This document shows, one piece after another, positions 37,496 through 51,349 of a stretch of 64,000 bases of DNA. Below the pieces are notes generated by a model. It did no database searches, was not told where the DNA came from, and saw only the letters and a program-made list of their open reading frames with translations. A program made the position numbers and the translations under genes. Origin of the DNA: Chiloscyllium plagiosum (taxonomy: Eukaryota); NCBI RefSeq assembly GCF_004010195.1, contig NC_057719.1, forward strand, positions 90,039,603 through 90,103,602, read 5' to 3'. Position 1 is the first letter of the stretch; the number at the start of each line of letters is the position of its first letter.

Positions 37496-37839
37496 ACTGG
37501 CCATATAGCCACCATGCAGCGCATGTGAGGGACCACTATCCCTGCCTTTTTCAGCTCCTTCAGCCAGTATTATATCTGCCGGTTACACAAACTGAGAATT
37601 CTCCTTAAGTTCCTCTCCTCTATCTTTTTATGACCAAATGTATTAGTGATTGGACTTGAGATGACCAATCACTTTTGTCCACACTGGCCAAAACTGTAGC
37701 ATTCCTTTCCCAACATGCTGAAACATCTTCAGTTTAGTTGCCTTTGGCATTCCTAACATTTTGTGAAGACATCCTGTTTTCTCCTGCCCCCTCTTGACTG
37801 AACCAGTCACCTCTGTTACATTTACTGTCCTTTCACAGC

Positions 37840-38300
37840 AGCAGTACTATGGCTAGACTACAAATCCAGAGGAACAGGTAATGTTCTGGGGACCTGGACT
37901 CATTCTACCATGGAAGATGTTGGAATTTGAACTTAATAAATGTCTGTAACCATCTGGTTCACCGATGCCTTTCAAAGAAGAAAATTTGCCATTTTTACCT
38001 GGTCTGGTCTATATGTGACTCCAGAGGCACAGCAATGAAGCTTATTTTTAAATGGCCCAGCAAGCTACTCAGTTGTAGCAATTGCTACACAGTCTGTAAA
38101 ATGAATTTTAACTGGGAAGACCACCCAGGACTGACCTAAGCACTGGAATGGTAACGCCAACATTGTGTGTTTACCGATTAGCACTTGACTGCAGTGCTTC
38201 AAGAAGGCAGCTTTATCACCACCTTCTCAAAGGCAACCAGGGATGGGCGATAATGCTGGCCAAGCCAGGAGCACCCACATCCCATGAGTGAATTAAAATC
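37840..38300 (+). mobile_element. Old SINE-like repeat with an L2/CR1-like tail (related copy at ~12120-12440, - strand)
   Basis: Tail caccaccttctcaaaggcaaccagggatggg...cccacatcccatga matches the 3' end at 13660-13740. Confidence 0.55.
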
Positions 38301-38609
38301 AAAACAGCAATTGCTGTGTGGCTCTCAGGTTTCAGTTGTAAATCTCAGGAACTTCTCTGACCTGCCATCTCATTGGCACAACAAGGTCTAGCTAGATATG
38401 TAACTTGGGTTTCAGAATTATTCAACCCACCGCATTATTATCAAGATTAGGTGCCATTAAAAATTTACCCACTTTACTGCATCAAAGATAGTGTCTTTGT
38501 AGCAGATTAGTAAATGAACCAATAAAACGAAAATGGCATTTTCATAGAATCCCTACAATGTGGAAGCAGGCCGTTTGGCCGATTGAGTCCACACCGGCCC
38601 TCTGAAGAG

Positions 38610-38965
38610 CATCAACGTTGACTTCGCCAGTGTCCTCATTCCAGATCCAACCCTCCAACTCGGCACCACCCACTTGAGCTGTCCTACCTGTCCATTCTCC
38701 TTCTCACCTATCCGCTCCACCCTCCTCTCCGACCTATCATCATCACACCCCCCCAACTGCTTCCAACTTTCCAGCTACCTCATCCCCACCCTCACTTTTC
38801 TATCTATCTCTCAGCTCCCGCCCCTCTTTCCAACCCCATTTCTGATCAGGTTTTATGCCCAAAATGTCGACTCTCCGGCTCCTCATGCTGCCTGACCTGT
38901 TGTGCTTTTCCAGTGCCACACTTTTCAATTCTGATCTCCAGCATCTGCAGTCCTCACTTTCTCTT
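38610..38965 (+). mobile_element. PLE 3' fragment with degenerate hammerhead
   Basis: GINVDFASVL; ctgatcaggttttatgcccaaaatgtc; ends ctcactttctc. Confidence 0.75.
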
Positions 38966-39674
38966 CCACTATAAGCTTCTTGCACTCATCCAGGCAAGTG
39001 GAGAGTATTCCATTCGGCCGCTGACTTGTATTTTTAAATGAGGACAGACTTTGAGGAGGCAGGAGGTGAGTTTCTCGCCACAGTATTCCTAGCCTCTGAC
39101 CTGCTCTTGTAGCCACTGTTTATATGGTGAGTCCAGTTTCTGGCCTTTTGGTAACCTTTGAGGATGTCGAGAAGGGATTGAGTGATTGTAATGCAATAGA
39201 AATTTAAGGGGCAGTGATTAGATTCTGACTCTTATTGGCGACAGTCATTACCTGGTTTTTGTGTGGCACGATTTCATTTTCCAGTTTTCAGCCCAAGCCT
39301 GAATATTGTTCAGGTCTTGTTGCATTTGGAGGTGGACTTCTTCAGTATCTGAGGAGTTGCAAATGGTGCTGAACATAACGCAATCATTGGCGAACATCCC
39401 AGATGCTAAAATTGGTGGGGTGATAAATTGTGACGATGATAGCATTCAATTATGGGAGGATATAGATGGACTAGTCAAATTGGCTGATCAGTGGCAAATG
39501 GAACTCAGTGGGGTGATGCACTTGGGCAGGGCAAACCAGGAAAGGGAACACATGAATGGTAGAACCCTGGACAGCATCAAGAATCAGAAGGACCTTGGTA
39601 TGCAAGTCCATTTAAGGTAGCGGAACAGGTAGATGAAAGCATTTGGGATTCTTGCCTTTTATTAGACAAGGTGT

Positions 39675-40450
39675 GGAGGTGCTGGTGTTGGACTGGGGTA
39701 GACAAAATTAAATAATGCACAACACCAACTTATAGTCCAATACGTTTATTTGGAAGCTCTAGCTTTTGGAGCACTGCTCCTTCGTCAAGTAGCCAGTGGG
39801 GCAGGATCATAGGACACTGACTTTATAGTAAAAGATCCAACTGTCATACAACTGATACAATGTATTGCTGTTAAGTCTTTAATCACTTAGAATAGGTTGC
39901 AGATTTTGATTCATTAATATGTAAAACCCTGAACTTCTTTCAAGTTACATTCCCGAGATTCGGCCTAGGATCTTTGGGTTACCACCCTCCAAGGTGGACT
40001 TTGGGATGCACAACAAAACAGAGTCGCTGATCTGAGGCTGATAGCTAAGTTTGGTACCCGTGAGGATGGCTTCAATGGGGATCTTGGGTTCATTTCACAC
40101 TACAGGTGACTCCATTACACAATATACACACGCACTCTTACACACGTGCACACAATCACACTCATGCAGACCTCTCTCCTACACACTCTCTCAAACACAC
40201 ACACACACCCACACTTTCACTCGTGCATAACCTCTCACAAATATATACTCCCCTCTCTCGTTCAAAAAGCTCACAACCTGTAGGCAGTTAATCCATGTGA
40301 CATTTTAGAAATTCCTCTTTTGGTGATAGAACCATGAGTGCATTGTCTGAGCTAAGATGTCACTTTTTTTTTAAACCTTAACTTATCTCACAAATGTGAC
40401 TTGAAAGAAGTTCTGGGATTTACATATTAATGAATAGAAATCTGCAACCG
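39675..40450. mobile_element. PLE (third family) with inverted arrangement
   Basis: + strand DLWVTTLQGGLWDAQQNRVADLRLIAKFGTREDGFNGDLGFISHYR (GIY-YIG C-terminus). 39897-39959 is inverted relative to 40385-40447. Degenerate core ttgacgaaggagcagtgctccaaaagcta on -. Confidence 0.7.
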
Positions 40451-41084
40451 TTTTGCAATCCAGAATGTGTAACGCTTGCTTATTTACCTCCTCCCTCCTT
40501 ACTATCCAAGGCCCCAGACATACCTTCCAGGTGAAGCAGCAATTTACCTGCACTTCACTCAATCTAGTTGTTGAGTCTTAGAGGCTGCAGGGTTCCCAAG
40601 TGTGAAATGAAATGCTATTCTTCAAACTTGTGCTGAGCCTTGCAAGAACACTGCAGCAAACCCTTGTTGACTTAGTTTCTCCAGTATTTTCTGTTTGTAT
40701 TTCAGACTTAGAGCCTCTGCACTATCATGCCTTTGGTCTGCACTCTGGAGACCATTGGAGGGAAATAGATAAGTGATGATTAGGATAAAAATGTCACAAA
40801 ATTTGTATTGTCGTCTTAGAAACATGCAATTTTCTCTTTCAAATTTGGTATTTTGTTAAACATCATTGGATGTGTAATTTCAGTCTGATATCTACCAGAA
40901 GATGGCAGACCTGTTATGTTGGTATAATATGTTGGTTTAAGCTTGCCGTTTAAAGACCTATGTTGTTTTCTTAACTCATTCATAAGGTGCAGGTGTTGCT
41001 GGCTAAACCAGCCTTTATTGCCAATTCCTAATTACCACAAAGGTATTTCAAAGTCAACTATAATATGGAGTCAAGCATAGGCTA

Positions 41085-41435
41085 GTCATAGAACCCCTAC
41101 AGTGTGGAAACAGGCCATTTGGCCCAACGAGTTCACACTGACTCTCTGAAGAATAACCCACCCAGACCCATTCCCCTACTCTATTCCTCTACATTACCCC
41201 TGACTAATCCACCTAGCCAACGCATCCCTGAACACTATGGGCAATTTAGCATGGCCAATTCACCTGACCTGCACATCTTTGGATTGTGGGAGGAAACTGG
41301 AGCATCAGGAGGAAACCCACACAGACACTGGGAGAATGTGCAAACCCCCCACAGACAGTCGCTCAAGGCTGGAATCGAACCTGGATCCCTGGCGCAGTGA
41401 GAGAGCAGTGCTAACCACTGAGTGACTGTCTTGCC
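41085..41435 (-). mobile_element. HE1-type V-SINE
   Basis: Tail, V-domain and head. Confidence 0.9.
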
Positions 41436-41439
41436 CAAG

Positions 41440-42195
41440 TGTCAAATCAAGGCAGGAATTTCATGATGAATGGTAGTGCCTTAAGGAGGGTAGTGGAACT
41501 GAAGGACCTTGGAGTTCGGGTGCACGGAGTGGACTCACAGGTAGACAGGGCAGTGAAGAAGGCTTTTGGCACACTGGCCTTCATTAGTCAGGCCACTGAA
41601 TATAGATGCTTGGAAGTGATGTTGCAGTTGTACAGGACATTGGTGAGGTCACACTTGGAGTGTTGTGTTCAGTTTTGGTCACTCTGCTATAGGAAGGATG
41701 TTATTAAACTGAAAAGAGTGTAGAAGAAATTGACAAGGCTGTTGCCACGGCTCAAGAGTCAGTTATAGGGGAACATTGGACAAACTAGGACATTTTTCTT
41801 TACAGCATAGGAGACTGAGAGGGGACTTTATGGAAATGTATAAGATCATTAGTGGCATGGATAGGGTGAATGCACTCAGTCTGTTTACCAGAGTTGGGGA
41901 ATCGGGGACGAGAGGGCATCAGTTTAAGGTCAGAGGGGAAAGAATAAAAGGGAACCTGAGGGGCAACTTTTTTACAGAGGGTGGTATGCAAATGGAATGA
42001 GCTGCCAGCGAAGTGGTTGGGGTGGGTACATTAACAACATTTAAAAGGCATTGGGACAAATACATGGATAGGAAAGGATTAGAAGGATATGGGCCAAGTG
42101 CAGGGAAATGGGGTTGGTGTGGATGGACATTTTGGTCAGCATGGACCAGTGTGGGCCAAAGGGCCTGTCTCCGTGCTGCACGACTCTGTGATTCT
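41440..42195 (+). mobile_element. CR1 LINE 3' fragment
   Basis: VKKAFGTLAFI...LYRTLVRSHLECCVQFWS...RRLRGDFMEMYKII. Confidence 0.9.
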
Positions 42196-43054
42196 ATAAC
42201 CACTTTAATACCACGGGAACAATACCACTGACACTCTTGCCCCAATCATTCACTGACCGCCAACATCCCAACCCTGCCCACAAGCAGACTGACAAACTCT
42301 TTCCCCTTGCCGTCAGGTTCTCCTTCCACTTCCTCCCATCCCAACCCCAACCCCGCCCCTTTACCATCTGGCACCGTGCCCCCAATTGCCTTCTCTCCAT
42401 AGCCTTGTAAAGAAGCTTTCAGATCTTTTAAAAAAACTGTTCACTTTGTGAAATGTGGCAGTTAATCCCACACAAAGGGGGTGGGAGGTGATGAGATTTG
42501 CCTGACTTTGTTCATTGGGGTGGACTTTGTACTGAAGACCTATCCAGAAAGAAAACCTACCACCATAAGTAGCTAAGTCTGTCTGATTTCGGTCAGGAAG
42601 ATAGATTGTGACCTAAATCAGAAGATCGGGATTGAAGTGTCCAAATGGGATACTGGAGGCAGAAGAATTGGGAAAACAGGTGCACATCACCAGAAGCAGC
42701 AATGCAGCTTACAAATGTGTTTAAAAGAGCAAGACTGGGTAAAATTGAACAGCAGATAATTGAACTTTTTATTAGATACTGATTAAACCATTAAACTACT
42801 TGGGTCAATGAATAGACAGTGGATTATGGCGGGAGATGGATTTCGAGGAGGTTGGGTCAGAAATGGTTGAGGACTCCAGATGGCTGACATAGGCATCAAG
42901 ATGAATGGTTGACGGGTGGTGGAGTTCTAGATTTTTTCCTGTCTGCCACTTCCTAGGTCAGTATCCAGGTAAGTGAGTCAGAATTGTCCAAAGCCTCTGA
43001 CTCTAAAGTTCAGACCTTTTCACAGGGTCCTAGGGTGTTGCCTGCCAAACATTG

Positions 43055-43320
43055 CTGCCTTCCCCCACCCTCCTTTCTGACCTATCACCTCCATCCCCAC
43101 CCCCATTCACCTATTCTACTCTATGCTACTTTCTTCCCACCCCCACCCCGTCTCATTTATCTCTCCACTCCGCAGGTACCCTGCCTCTATCCCTGATGAA
43201 GGGCTTTTGCCCGAAACATCGATTTTCCTGCTCCTCGGATACTGCCTGACCTGCTGTGCTTTTCCAGCATCACTCTAATCTAGACTCTGGTTTCCAGCAT
43301 CTGCAGCCCTTGTTTTTACC
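43055..43320 (+). mobile_element. PLE terminal repeat with hammerhead core (43193-43220)
   Basis: ctgatgaagggcttttgcccgaaacatc; CpG decay breaks the ACGT palindrome. Confidence 0.8.
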
Positions 43321-43833
43321 TATTTAGGTTTCTTAAGCAATTTCCACAGAGTCCGACCATCAGGAATTTTGAGGGTTCCCGTAGCATTCTTTGTGGGTGC
43401 ATCTGATTTCTGATTATTCAGAGCCTTTGAGATTTGGGGCAGTATTGGCCTAGAAAGTGTTGAATTGAGCATGTGTGACCTGGGTGAGTTACAGTGATGC
43501 TAAATGGATTTAACTGCAGTACAGGGTATCTAAAGTTGAAGCAAAAAAGGTTTGAAATACTCAGCAGCTGATGTGGAGAGAGATGAACGACAGTTGATGT
43601 TTCAGCTCGATGATCTTCATCAGATCTGGTGTGAATTGAGTGCACTCAGATAATTGTACATGGGGTTATCTCTGGGATTACAGTTTATCTTTGTCATGTA
43701 AAATCGCTGTGATTAAGAAGGATAATCACTGGGGTGATTTACTGGAAGCACATAGAACCTGAGCTTTGTGACAGTAGAAATAAGATGATAGCCCTGGGGT
43801 ACAGAGGGAAGTGAGATGAATCTCTGTTCCCTG

Positions 43834-44409
43834 TGTGACAATGCTGTCACTTTAAGAGGTTATTTGTCCTGTTTTATTTTGAGAGAGAGATTGTAAGGCA
43901 GAGGTGATGAGCTTACTACTGAAAATGACTTGAGTAAACAACTTGGGAGGCATTAGGTTTTATTTTAAAACAAACTGAATGGGTGTAGCCAGCTGTCTCG
44001 GATTCAGATTTCTGGGTTTTGGTTTTTTTTTTCAATAGCATCAGAGCTACTGGGGTCTGAACAGAGTTGGGAGCTTCAGTGATTGTTTCCTGACTGCTGC
44101 TGTCTCGTGTTTTCCTTCTGGATTCGAGAGCTGCATGTGAGAATCTATCTGAATTTTCCTTTTTGCCAAGGGATGTTTTATGGGATGTTACTATATTGGA
44201 TCAGTTAATTAGTAATAGCTACTGTTATTCTATATTTCTCTTTCTTTGGTTGCATTTTAACTACACTGTTTAAATAAGTTGTATTTTGCTTAACATGATT
44301 AGTTTGACCAGTCGCATCTGGAACAGACACTTGACATTTACGTTTAAAATAAGACAAAGTTAGGGTCTAGGCTACCTTCTTAAAATATTTCGAGGGCTCT
44401 GGTCTAACA
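43834..44409 (+). mobile_element. Probable solo LTR
   Basis: TG...AACA ends; flanks cctg and cttg; related to 4839-5412. Confidence 0.55.
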
Positions 44410-44414
44410 CTTGA

Positions 44415-44645
44415 GGAAGGCAAAAGTGGGTACTGCAGATGCTGGAGATTAGAGTCAAGATCAGACTGGTGCTGGAAAAGGACAGCAGGTTAGGCAGCAT
44501 CCGAGGAGCAGGAAAATCGACATTTCGGGCAAAAGCCCTAATCAGGGCTTCATGATGAAGGGCTTTTGCCTGAAATGTCGATTTTCCTGCTCAGATGCTG
44601 TCCGACCTGCTGTGCTTTTCCAGCACCAGTCTGATCTTGACTCTA
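44415..44645. mobile_element. Palindromic PLE-derived mini-element
   Basis: Inverted arms meeting at the hammerhead region (gcccta atcagggcttcatgatgaagggc); flanks taacact(t/a)ga. Confidence 0.82.
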
Positions 44646-44858
44646 TAACACTAGACTTTGCTGTTGATGAACCTTCCTGTTTGGAGTGACCAGAAATTGG
44701 GGATGAGGTCTGAAATGTATTCGCTGAGAACAACTGGGGTAAACTGCATATTGAAAAGTCTTGAATTGTTGTTAATAGTTTGCTCAGGAAACTGCAAATG
44801 GATCAGGTTGTTTGTTCTGATGCAAATAGATTGAGCACTGTGTAACGTTTGCTTCTAG

Positions 44859-45000
44859 GTTGTATACCCCATTTACAGAAGACACAGATACCGTTGGAGA
44901 GCGAGCTGTAAATTCCATATTGAATGCCCTCATTATGATCAGTGTCATCGTTGTGATGACACTTGTTCTTGTACTTCTCTACAAATACAGGTGCTACAAG
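44859..45000 (+). CDS. PSEN1: Presenilin-1 exon (TM2)
   Basis: Acceptor gcttctag. Encodes [47 protein letters not shown]. Donor AAG|GTATGT; 142 nt, phases consistent. Confidence 0.98.
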
Positions 45001-46654
45001 GTATGTGTCCGCAGAAGTCTCCTTCTGTCCGCAGAATGCATTTGTGGTTGTATATGTTTATAACCTCCTTTTCCCATTGATTGATGGACTAACAAAAATG
45101 AGATTGCAGCAGTTTGATGAAGTGATCAAATTGATTGTATCCTACATAAGTGGACCCTCTTTTAACCCATCTGCTAAGAATGTGACACTCAGTGTAATGC
45201 AGAGAAAGATGAATTGCATTATCTGCGATTACTTTTTAGATGACCTTGGATGAGATACAAATTGTTCCTCTCTGCCTCAATCAGCAGTTCCCCCTTCTAA
45301 CTACATGTTGCAACTTCCATTTAGCTTTTCTTGCTGCTGCTACATGCTGAAGATACAGTTAAAGGTGTGGTATAAATACAAACTGATGTAAGCCATACCG
45401 TTCTAATGTAGATTTGATCCGTTTTTGGATAGGCCCTGGGAGTTCAGTTGCATTTCTTTGGAAGCTTCCACTGGTTTGTAAGAAGTACAGAGTAACTGAT
45501 TCACTTGGAGAATGATTCTGATCAATTCAAAAGCTTTAGCAACTGCTGCAGGAAAGATAATTTGTTTTCATCAAGTTTGAACTGAGTTTTGTTACTGCAG
45601 AGAACAGGCAGTTTCTGCTGGGGGCAAAAAAACAGCACATGCTTCTGTGTGCCTCTCTCTATGTAAGTTGTTTCCAGTTCCAATCAGCTTCGCTTCTGAT
45701 TGCTTATGTATAGTGGCTAGGGTTTATTGTAGAGTTCACAATAGGTATCGAATTCCTTGCTTCTAAGTTCTGCAACCATCCTGGTAAATCCCTGTGTCTT
45801 TTTTATATATAAATAAAAGTAATTTTGTTTTCCTTAAAACCCACAGATTTTCAAGATATAAAATACAAAGATATTGTTCTTATAACATTCATGGGGCTAA
45901 TAATGTCCTCACTGAACTCCAACATTCTGTAAATCCAATGATTACATCTAGTGTTTCATGGCAGAAGGAGTATTGCAGAAAAGAGGATGTTAGATTCCTG
46001 GACCCTAGCCCTGACCCTCCAAGATAAGACCTATTCAAAGTAAGCCACCATCTGCTGAAGAGCCAAAGGAAATTCCCAGCAAATACTGACATTGCCAACG
46101 GTACTCACCTATGGCAAATAAGAAGAAAGATGTGAAATGAAGAGAAAAGCTTCCTAAGGAAAGAAGAAGCTGTTCCATTTGAGTTGGGTTCTATTTAAAC
46201 CTTACTAGGATCAGTGACATGACAAATTGTATCGTCAGGGCTGTGAACACAGCTTCAAATTAAAAGGTGGGGTGTCTAGTGAAGAGAGAGATAGAAATCT
46301 AAGAGGAAAAGTTGAAGCATTAAAGCAATTGCTTAATTTTTGGGTAGAGCAAAGCAGAGTGTCACAGGAAGAGACAGTTTAACAGTGATGTTGCAACAAC
46401 AAATAAGGTTTATGCAAAGGCAGCAATTAAAAAAAAAATTAAGATCTTTAGAGCACAAAGCACTATTAAGACAGATGCAAACAGATGATGAGTTTGTATA
46501 ACCACCTGGATAACCATGTGGGAAAAGGGTGATTTAGATCAGGAAGTAAATGTTCTAGGGTGGACAACAGTTTGGAAACCGAATGGAAAAAGAGGAGTAA
46601 TCCTGAAGGGTGACTTATGGAGACTAGTAAGAAAAAGACCTTAAATTAAAAAAA

Positions 46655-48584
46655 GGCAGCCCTCCACTCCCTCCACTCCAACCCCAACCTCGCCATCAAA
46701 CCCACAGACAAGGGGAACGCAGTAATAGTGTGGCGCATCTCTACACTACTGAAGCCAGGCGTCAACTCGCAGACACCTCGTCCTACTGCCCCCTTGATCG
46801 TGACCTTACCTTCCATCACCAAACCAGAATCACCCAGACCATCCACAACCTCATCACCTCTGGGAATCTCCCATCCATGGCCTCCAACCTCATTGTCCGT
46901 GAACCCCACACCACCAATTCTACCTCCTTCCTAAGATTCACAAACATGACTGCCCCGGTCGACTCATTGTTTCAGCCTGCGCCTGTCCCGCCGAACTCCA
47001 TTGTCTCAACCTCCATTTCTTACTCTCACACCGATCCAACCAGTGCCCTTCCACCGACACCCTCATCTGCCTGGCTGAACTGGTCTTCATCCTTAACAAC
47101 TTCTCCTTCCTCCAAACCAAAGGGTAGCCATGGGCACCCGCATGGGACTCAGCCACGCCTGTCTGTTAGTCGGATATGTGGAACAGTCCATCTTCCGCAG
47201 TTACACAGGCTCCACCCCCCCACCCCCAACCTGTTCTTCCATTACATCCATGACTGTATTGGCGCTGCCTCGTGCTCCCACAAGGAGGTTGAACAGTTCA
47301 TCAACTTTACCAACACCTTCCACTTCAAATTCACCTGGACCATCTCTGAAACCCCCCTCCCCTTCCTGGACCTCTCCATCACAGTCTCGGACAGCTGACG
47401 AACCACAGACATATACTACAAGCCCATCAACCTCCACAGCTACCTAGACTACACCTCCTCCCACCCTACCTCCTGTAAAAATGCCATCCCTTATTCCTAA
47501 TTCCTCCGCCTCTGGTGCATCTGTTCCCAGGATGACCAATTCCACCTCAGAGTCCCAGATGGTTGTCTCCTCCCATGATCGCAACTTGCCTTCCCCACGT
47601 AGTTGACAATGCCCTTCAGCGCATCTCCTCCACTTCAGGCACCACTGCCCTTGAACCCCACCCCTTCCAACACAAGGACAGAACCCCTCTGGTCCTCACC
47701 TTCCACCCCACCAACCTCTGCATACATCGTGTCATCCTCTGCCACTTCCGCCACCTCCAAACAGACCCCACCACCAGAGATATATTTCCTTCCCCACACC
47801 TATCAGCGTTCTGAAGAGACCATTGCCTCCGTGACTCCCTCATCAGGTCCATGCCCCTCATCAGCCCACACCCCACTCCTGGCACCTTTCCCTGCCACCG
47901 CAGGAAGTGCAAAACCTGCGCCCACAACACTCCTCTCACCTCCGTCCAAGGGATCCTTCCACATCCATCAGAAATTTACCTGTATCTCTCCCAATCTCAT
48001 CTACTGCATCCGTTGCACCTGATATGGACTCCTGTACATTGGGGAGACAGGACACCTTTTTGCAGATCGTTTCAGAGAACATCTCTGGGACACATGCAGC
48101 CACCAACCCCACCACCCCGTGGCTGAACACTTCAACTCCCCCTCCCACTCCGTCAAGGACATGCAGGTGCTGGGCCGCCTCCTCTGCCAAACCCTTACCA
48201 CCTGACGCCTGGAGGAAGAACACCTCATATTCCACCTTGGGACCCTGCAACCATATGGGATAAATGTGAATTTCAACAGGTTCCTCATTTCTCCTTTCCC
48301 TACATTATCCCAGTCCCAAGCCTCCAACTTGGCATCGCCCTCCAGACCTGTCCATCACTGCCCCCTCTGACCCATCACCTTCTCCCTCACCTTCATCCAC
48401 CTATCGCATTTCCACTACCTTCCCCACCCTCCCCCCTTTCCCATTTATCTCCCAGCCCCAGCCTGAAGGACTTATGCCCGAAACGTCGATTCTCCTGCTC
48501 CTCGAATGCTGCCTGATCTTCTGTGCTTTTTCAGCACCACTCTCTCGACTCTGATCTCCAGCATCTGCAGTCCTCACTTTCTCC
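46655..48584 (+). mobile_element. Penelope-like element with decayed RT, GIY-YIG endonuclease and terminal repeat
   Basis: IKPTDKGNAVIVW; MGTRMGLSHACLLVGYVEQS; FHYIHDCIG (YIDD equivalent); PFLDL; CHRRKCKTC; LIYCIRCT...YIGETG. Confidence 0.92.
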
Positions 48585-49229
48585 TATGAAATTAAATCAG
48601 TGTGGATAAAGATTAGGGACAACAAGTCAAAACGCAGGTTTTTAAAGTACTTGCAGCAATTGAACAGTAGTTGTACCGTTAAGTAGAATATTAAGTAAGA
48701 AATAATTAGAGCTTGTAATTAGCACTGTGTAACCATTGTAGGGCGCCAGTTCTTTTTTGTGGAAGACTAATTTGTCAGAAACTTTTGTGTGATCACTTTC
48801 TGGAACAAACTAAGGGTAAAGCTATTTCAGATGTAGTATTGTGTAATGAGGGACACTTGATTAATAATCTCTTAGCAAAAGATCCTTTGACCGGTTTCTC
48901 CCATTGTACAATTAACTTTCAAATTAAATTTAAAAGCAACATACTTCAGTCCCAAAAGAAAATAATTAAACTCAAATAAAACCAATTATGTATATGGGGA
49001 GGTTGATTGGATAAATAGTCTCAAAGATTTGGCATAAACAAACCAAGAATACTTGAAGAAACGATTCAAAATATTTAACAAAAAAACGTTCAGTTGAGTA
49101 ACAACCTCAGTGACAATAACCTCATGTGAAGGTTAATAGACTGTGTGGAAGAGGACAAATGAATTTGGCAAAGACTGGACAGCAGAATTTTTAAAGAAAT
49201 GAAACCAAGTGCACCTCTAACTGAGGAGG

Positions 49230-49335
49230 CTTTGGTTTAAAATCTCACCTGAACAAAACCAGCTCCTGTCAGTGCACTTTTCTCTCAGTGTTGCACTGGA
49301 GTGTCAACTGGGGTTAAGCAACTAGACTCAGAAGG
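49230..49335 (-). mobile_element. Deu-domain SINE fragment (SacSINE1/AmnSINE1-like)
   Basis: ggtttaaaatctcacctgaa...cagtgttgcactggagtgtca resembles the Deu-SINE core, compared from memory of the consensus. Confidence 0.45.
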
Positions 49336-49521
49336 AAAAAATAAGTATGTGGAGTTCTGATACATAACTCAGGATATATAAAAAGGATCTACCCCCTTTC
49401 CTATTGTGGTGCCATAGTGATCAAATTGTATTTCTATTAACTAATGTGAGAAAGAAATCTGCCAAGCCAGTTACTTCAGCCATTTGAAGCCTCACAATCT
49501 TTCTTGATGTCTTTTAAACAG

Positions 49522-49589
49522 GTCATTCATGGATGGTTGATAATCTCGTCTCTCTTGTTGCTTTTCTTTTTCTCATTCATCTATTTGGG
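49522..49589 (+). CDS. PSEN1: Presenilin-1 exon (TM3)
   Basis: Acceptor ttttaaacag. Encodes VIHGWLIISSLLLLFFFSFIYLG. Donor GG|GTAAGT; 68 nt. Confidence 0.97.
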
Positions 49590-50588
49590 GTAAGTTTCTC
49601 CTTTTAAAGAATTGTAACTGTGCTGGGAGTTTTATTTGATATTCTGTTCCTACTATAAATATCTTAATGCTAATTTGTCTAACTGGTGGCATCTGGGTGT
49701 AGGAGCTGTCAGGTGTTTGTAGAAGATCAGCAGGTCTGGCATTAGCAGGGTTCACAGAACTATCCGGATGGAGTATAGGATTCATTCTCCGTGTTGGTGT
49801 GTTTGTAACTACTGGGTCAGAATTGCGCTAGAGTCATAGAGATGTACAGCACAGAAACAGACCCTTCGGCCCAACTTGTCGTGCCGACAAGGTATCCTAA
49901 CCTAATCTAGTCCCATTTGCCAGCACTTGACCCATATCCCTCTAAACCCTTCCTATTCATAAAGTGATAGTAGTCCTTTAAGTCTAGGGGCACCCAAAAT
50001 ACTGTCAGGAAGGGGGTTTCAGGACTTTGACCCACAACACTGAAAGAACAATGATCTATTTCAAAGTCAGGATGATGTTTTTCTCGGAGGTGGTGATTCT
50101 GTTCATCCCTTGTCCTTCAGGCTGGAAGTGGTCATGGGTTTGCAAACTGCTGTCTAAGGGGCCTTAGTGAGTTACTGCAGTGCATCTTGTCGAAGATACA
50201 ATGTCACAATGTACCCACTGTCTATTGTTGTACAACTCATTTGGTTTGCTAATGTCATTTTAGGGAAGAAATCTGCCATATCTCTCTCTAGTCTCACCTA
50301 CATGTCTTCTAGACCCACAGCTCTCTGGGTATTTAGGGGTGGGTGATTAAAAATTGACCTCACCAGTGAAAATCAATTTCAAGGGAGTGAATATTGAAGA
50401 TATTGAATGACATCACAGTTAAGTGGACTGCCTTGTTCTTGTTGCTGTTCATATTGGGTGTCATTACAGCATTGCCCTCAAAATGAGGAATGAGAATGTG
50501 AATGTCTGGAGAAGATGGGAATGAGTACTTGCAGGAAAATGCTTAGTTCCATTCAGTAAATCAGGCTTCTGTCCTTTCTCTTCATCAG

Positions 50589-50809
50589 GGAAGTCTTCAA
50601 AACCTATAATGTTGCCATGGATTACTTCACGTTGGCATTGGTGATCTGGAACTTTGGAGTGGTTGGGATGGTCTGCATCCACTGGAAGGGCCCACTTCGG
50701 CTCCAGCAGGCTTACCTGATCATGATCAGTGCTCTTATGGCTCTGGTTTTCATCAAATACCTCCCAGAGTGGACTGCCTGGTTAATTCTAGCGGTGATCT
50801 CGGTATATG
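50589..50809 (+). CDS. PSEN1: Presenilin-1 exon (TM4-TM6)
   Basis: Acceptor ttcatcag. Encodes [73 protein letters not shown]. Donor G|GTAAGA splits the catalytic Asp (YD) codon; 221 nt. Confidence 0.98.
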
Positions 50810-51349
50810 GTAAGATCCCCTCCTGGATTTGTGTTTGAATTTTCCTATGAGCTTCTGATCAGAAGGAGTGGAATCAAGTTTATTCTATTTTACAGAAGGC
50901 TGGGTTGAGGTGGAGTGAATGCTGGGATGTATCTCATACAGAATAGAGATTCTTGGTGATGTGAATCTTGAAATGTTAGGATTTCCAAAAGGTTTTGATG
51001 CAATCTGGTGATTCCAGTAACTGATGGCAAGAGAGCAAAACCTGACCTTACATGGGGCATTTACTAAATAATCCCCTATACAAACTAAATTCTGCTAATT
51101 TGTATGTCAAAGTAAATCAACTTGAATTTATCAACCTTCACTTCAGTGAGCATCTACCCTAAAGGTAGATTGTGTGCCTGTACATTTTTAATTGCATTTA
51201 AATGTTGACTTCTCTGTCTCCTGATGCTGCCTGGTTTGCTGTGTTCTTCCAGCTTCCTGCCTGTCTATTTTGAATTTCAGCATCTGCAGTATTTTTTTGT
51301 CTCAAACCCACATATGTTTTTAACAGCACAAACAGCAGAACACAGTCAC

